From Candidatus Methylomirabilota bacterium (GTDB lineage Bacteria; Methylomirabilota; Methylomirabilia; Rokubacteriales; CSP1-6), in contig JBKPAK010000216.1 in assembly GCA_046726415.1 (NCBI GenBank), positions 1-18,436 on the forward strand: DNA of 18,436 nucleotides, written 5' to 3'. The translations under genes and the position numbers were made by a program. The first letter of the stretch is position 1. Each line of letters opens with the position of its first letter. Below the pieces are notes generated by a model. That model was not told the origin of the DNA. It saw nothing but the letters and a program-made list of their open reading frames with translations, and did not search any database. Of this stretch, positions 15,745-18,436 are shown in pieces.

Positions 15745-16439
15745 GGGGAAATCCGCCGTTGCCAAATCCCCTCCCATTGCGCCCAGGACCCCGTGTGCGG
15801 CGCTGATCGCGCCATGACGTGCTCTCGTGGGGCGGCCACCGGGCGGAAGGCATCGCCAGTGAGCCGCCGGAGCTCTTGGCGTCCGTAGAAATGCACGGCC
15901 AATCCCTGCTTGGGACCGCCGAGATAGCGCACCGTGAATCCACCGCCAGCGCTCCGTTCAATCGGCGAATGCCGGTGGTAGACGTCGGTCGAGGCGGAGT
16001 TGACGCGCAGGAAGAAGAGCCCCCCGGGCTCGAGGAGCGCCGCCACGCGCCGAAAGTAATCGGCGGCATTGGCCGCCGTGCCGTGCTGGAAGACCTGAAT
16101 GGCGATGACATAGCGGAATGGCTGGGCCCAGGGGAAGCGGCGGAAGTCGTCACAGATGAGGCGATCAGCGACGTCCGGTCGGCGTGCGGCAAGCCGGCGC
16201 AGGGCCTCGGGCGAGAGGTCGAGGCCGTAGAGATCGAGACCGGTGTCGACGAGCGGGAGGTAGTTGCGCCCGTTCCCGCAGCCCACGTACAGGCCCGGGC
16301 CGCCCATCGCCCTCGGGTGGGCCTTCAGGCACAAGAGGATGTCCCCGACAAACGGAAGCGGTGGTTCGGCGTCGTACCGGCCTTGCCGGTACTCGTCATC
16401 CCACCGTCGGGCGGTGAGCTTCCGCTCGGCTTCGGACAC
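15741..16439 (-). CDS. Class I SAM-dependent methyltransferase
   Basis: Motif I LYVGCGNGRN, GLDLS, CDDF, IQVFQH and LLEPGGLFFL. The GTG start follows AGGAG/GGAG. Confidence 0.87.
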   Translation of the reverse strand: MSEAERKLTARRWDDEYRQGRYDAEPPLPFVGDILLCLKAHPRAMGGPGLYVGCGNGRNYLPLVDTGLDLYGLDLSPEALRRLAARRPDVADRLICDDFRRFPWAQPFRYVIAIQVFQHGTAANAADYFRRVAALLEPGGLFFLRVNSASTDVYHRHSPIERSAGGGFTVRYLGGPKQGLAVHFYGRQELRRLTGDAFRPVAAPREHVMARSAPHTGSWAQWEGIWQRRISP

Positions 16440-16451
16440 GCTCCGGCTCCT

Positions 16452-17972
16452 CTACGGCGCGTCGCCCCACCGAGTCTTGACCGCCTCCCGGTCCACCGTG
16501 CCCTCGGCGGTGCGGGGCAGGGCATCGGTGAACGCCACCGCGTGAGGTCGCTTGAAGCGGGCGATCTTCGACGCCACGTAGTCGCTCACCTGCTGGGCGG
16601 TGTAGTGGCCCACGACCTCCACCTCGACCACGGCTTTGATGGCCTCGCCCCAGCGGGCGTCGGGGATGCCGTAGACGCACGCCCCGCTCACGCCCTCCAT
16701 CTGCGCGATGACGGTTTCCACCTCGGCCGGGTACACGTTTTCCCCCCCGGGCTTGATCAACTCCTTCTCCGGCTTGCGCTTGACGTAGTAAAGATAGCCA
16801 TCGGCATCGAAGCGTCCCACGTCTCCGGTGTGGTGCCAGCCGTTGCGCAGCGTGTAGGCCGTTACGTCCGGCTGGCCGAAGTAGCCCTGAAACACCAGCG
16901 GGCCGCGCACGACGATTTCCCCCGGCGTCCCCACGGGCACCTCGCGGTCGTAGTCATCCACCAGCTTGACCGAGCACAAGGGCGCCGGCTTACCTGCGGC
17001 CCCCGGCTTGTCCGCCATGCGCTGCAAGGTGACGAAACCGCTCGTCTCCGACTGGCCGAAGCCGGTCCAGAACTGCGCCCGCGTCCGCTCGTGCAGGCGC
17101 TGGATCGTCTGGGGCGCATCGAGGCCGGAGACGAACTTCAAGCTCGGCAGCCGGCTGTCGAGCTTTTCGGCGGCATCGAGCAAGCTGCTCAGCACGGGCG
17201 GGAAGTCTGACACGTGGGTCACGCCGTGGCGATCGATGAGTCGAACCGCCTCCTCGGCGTCGAACCGCGACACGACCACGCTGGCCCCGCCGACGTGCAA
17301 GTGGGCCATGGCGCCGCCCAGCGCGGTGATGTGGAACAGCGGCAGGGCCAGCAGATATCGATCCGCGGCCCTATAGCCCATGCAGGCCATGGCCATCACG
17401 TTGGCGGTGACGATGTTGGCATGGGTGAGCACGGCGCCCCGCGGGATGACGTCCACCGCGGCCGTGGAGATCACCGCGAACGGATCGTCGGACGATACCT
17501 CCGCCAGCGGAGGCTCGTGGGCGATCCGGGACAGCTCGGCAAAGGGCTTGAAGCCCCCGCTCGTCGAGTCACCGAATTGATACCAATGGGCCACCGATCT
17601 CTTGCTCTCGGGCCAACCCGCCACCGCGCTCGAGGTGGAGGTGTCGACGACCATCATCGCGGGCTCGGCGCGCTCCACGACCCGCTCGACTTCCTGCGCG
17701 GTGAGCCGCCAGTTGATGGGGTAGGCGATGATGCCCTGCCGCGCGCACCCGCCATACAGCTCCAGGTAGGCGACATCGTTCTGGGCCAGGATGCAGATGC
17801 GATCGCCCTTGCCGATACCGATGGCCGCCAGTCCCCCGGCCAGCGCGTCGACCTGACGCTTGAAATCCCGGAAGGACAGCTGCCGCTCGCCTTGGATGAT
17901 GGCCGGCGCGTCGCCGTGTGCCAGTGCGCCGCGGGCGATCATGTCGTAGACGGTGAAACCGTGCGCGCTCAT
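16452..17972 (-). CDS. AMP-binding acyl-CoA synthetase (ANL superfamily) with atypical P-loop
   Basis: GIGKGDR, PINWRL, LPLFH, GFGQSET, GEIVVRGP, GWHHTGD and IKPGGENVYPAEVE. GGAGG lies upstream of the ATG. Confidence 0.9.
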   Translation of the reverse strand: MSAHGFTVYDMIARGALAHGDAPAIIQGERQLSFRDFKRQVDALAGGLAAIGIGKGDRICILAQNDVAYLELYGGCARQGIIAYPINWRLTAQEVERVVERAEPAMMVVDTSTSSAVAGWPESKRSVAHWYQFGDSTSGGFKPFAELSRIAHEPPLAEVSSDDPFAVISTAAVDVIPRGAVLTHANIVTANVMAMACMGYRAADRYLLALPLFHITALGGAMAHLHVGGASVVVSRFDAEEAVRLIDRHGVTHVSDFPPVLSSLLDAAEKLDSRLPSLKFVSGLDAPQTIQRLHERTRAQFWTGFGQSETSGFVTLQRMADKPGAAGKPAPLCSVKLVDDYDREVPVGTPGEIVVRGPLVFQGYFGQPDVTAYTLRNGWHHTGDVGRFDADGYLYYVKRKPEKELIKPGGENVYPAEVETVIAQMEGVSGACVYGIPDARWGEAIKAVVEVEVVGHYTAQQVSDYVASKIARFKRPHAVAFTDALPRTAEGTVDREAVKTRWGDAP

Positions 17973-18344
17973 GGGAGCTGCCTCCGATGCAGGTCGGACC
18001 AGGATCCGTGCGGTGCCCCGCGTGCCATGTCGGTCAACACGCCCAGTCTAGCGAATCGCCGCGCCCTGCGCGGCACGGGCGATCACCGCCGACCTGGTCG
18101 CCGAAGCGCACGACGAAGCGTGACGCACGATACACCGTCCGATGCATGTCGCCCCAGCGTCAACCCGCGCCGCTCCGAGACGGCGCGGTCACTCCAGCTC
18201 GTGGGAGGGCCAGAGAACTCGTGGTCGGGTCGGTGGGACCGAGCCCGGGGTGGGACGGGCGCGCCGCCCCGGGGCCCGACGATACGTTCAGTCGGCATTG
18301 CGCGATGCTGTCAGTTCGGTGAAGTTTCGGTGACGCCGGCCTGA

Positions 18345-18373
18345 TTGACGCCCCCATGCCGCTCACGTAAGGT
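18345..18373 (+). promoter_or_regulatory. Putative sigma70 promoter for a gene beyond the window end
   Basis: TTGACG (18345-18350), 17 bp, TAAGGT (18368-18373). Confidence 0.6.
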
Positions 18374-18425
18374 TGGGCATATCAGCGTGGTCGTGCTCCC
18401 CCGACGGGTCTTCAACGGCTGGTCC

Positions 18426-18431
18426 AGGAGG
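18426..18431 (+). promoter_or_regulatory. Shine-Dalgarno sequence of the next gene (start codon outside the window)
   Basis: Perfect AGGAGG 5 nt before the window end, downstream of the promoter above. Confidence 0.6.
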
Positions 18432-18436
18432 TATCT

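Noticed and set aside
15819..18344. Plus-strand ORFs 15819-17210 and 17214-18344, and similar ones elsewhere (11554-12765, 3611-4423, 4990-5928)
   Set aside because: They are antisense shadows of real genes and have no family motifs.
17987..18366. Small ORFs in the terminal intergenic region
   Set aside because: They are low-complexity Arg/Pro/Gly-rich translations with no clear SD or motifs.

Overview
An 18.4 kb, GC-rich (roughly 70% by eye), gene-dense bacterial chromosome segment of mostly metabolic genes. I see no rRNA, tRNA, CRISPR array, transposase, integrase or phage gene. From left to right it holds: (1) the end of a branched-chain amino acid (Liv-type) ABC operon, with a Rid-family gene inserted between the two ATPase genes and a 25-bp tandem triplication over the last stop codon; (2) a VOC gene and a SnoaL-like gene; (3) a Uma2 endonuclease convergent with a TTC38-like TPR protein; (4) a DHPS-like MBL-fold hydrolase; (5) a minus-strand operon of FlK-type thioesterase, hydantoinase A, SDR and hydantoinase B, the last carrying a C-terminal domain that looks like a CDC48-N double-psi barrel; (6) a GT4 glycosyltransferase divergent from an AsnB-type amidotransferase; (7) a tightly coupled minus-strand run of atypical acyl-CoA synthetase, SAM methyltransferase, PurN and an NTF2-like protein; (8) a hairpin-rich divergent intergenic region ending in a sigma70 promoter and SD for a gene just beyond the window. 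Several intergenic GC-rich palindromes look like a REP-like family. The best candidates for undescribed biology are the hydantoinase operon with its extra domain and the ligase-MTase-formyltransferase-NTF2 run. All calls rest on motif recognition by eye; no searches were run. The overall style recalls Ca. Rokubacteria/Methylomirabilota, which is an unverified impression.
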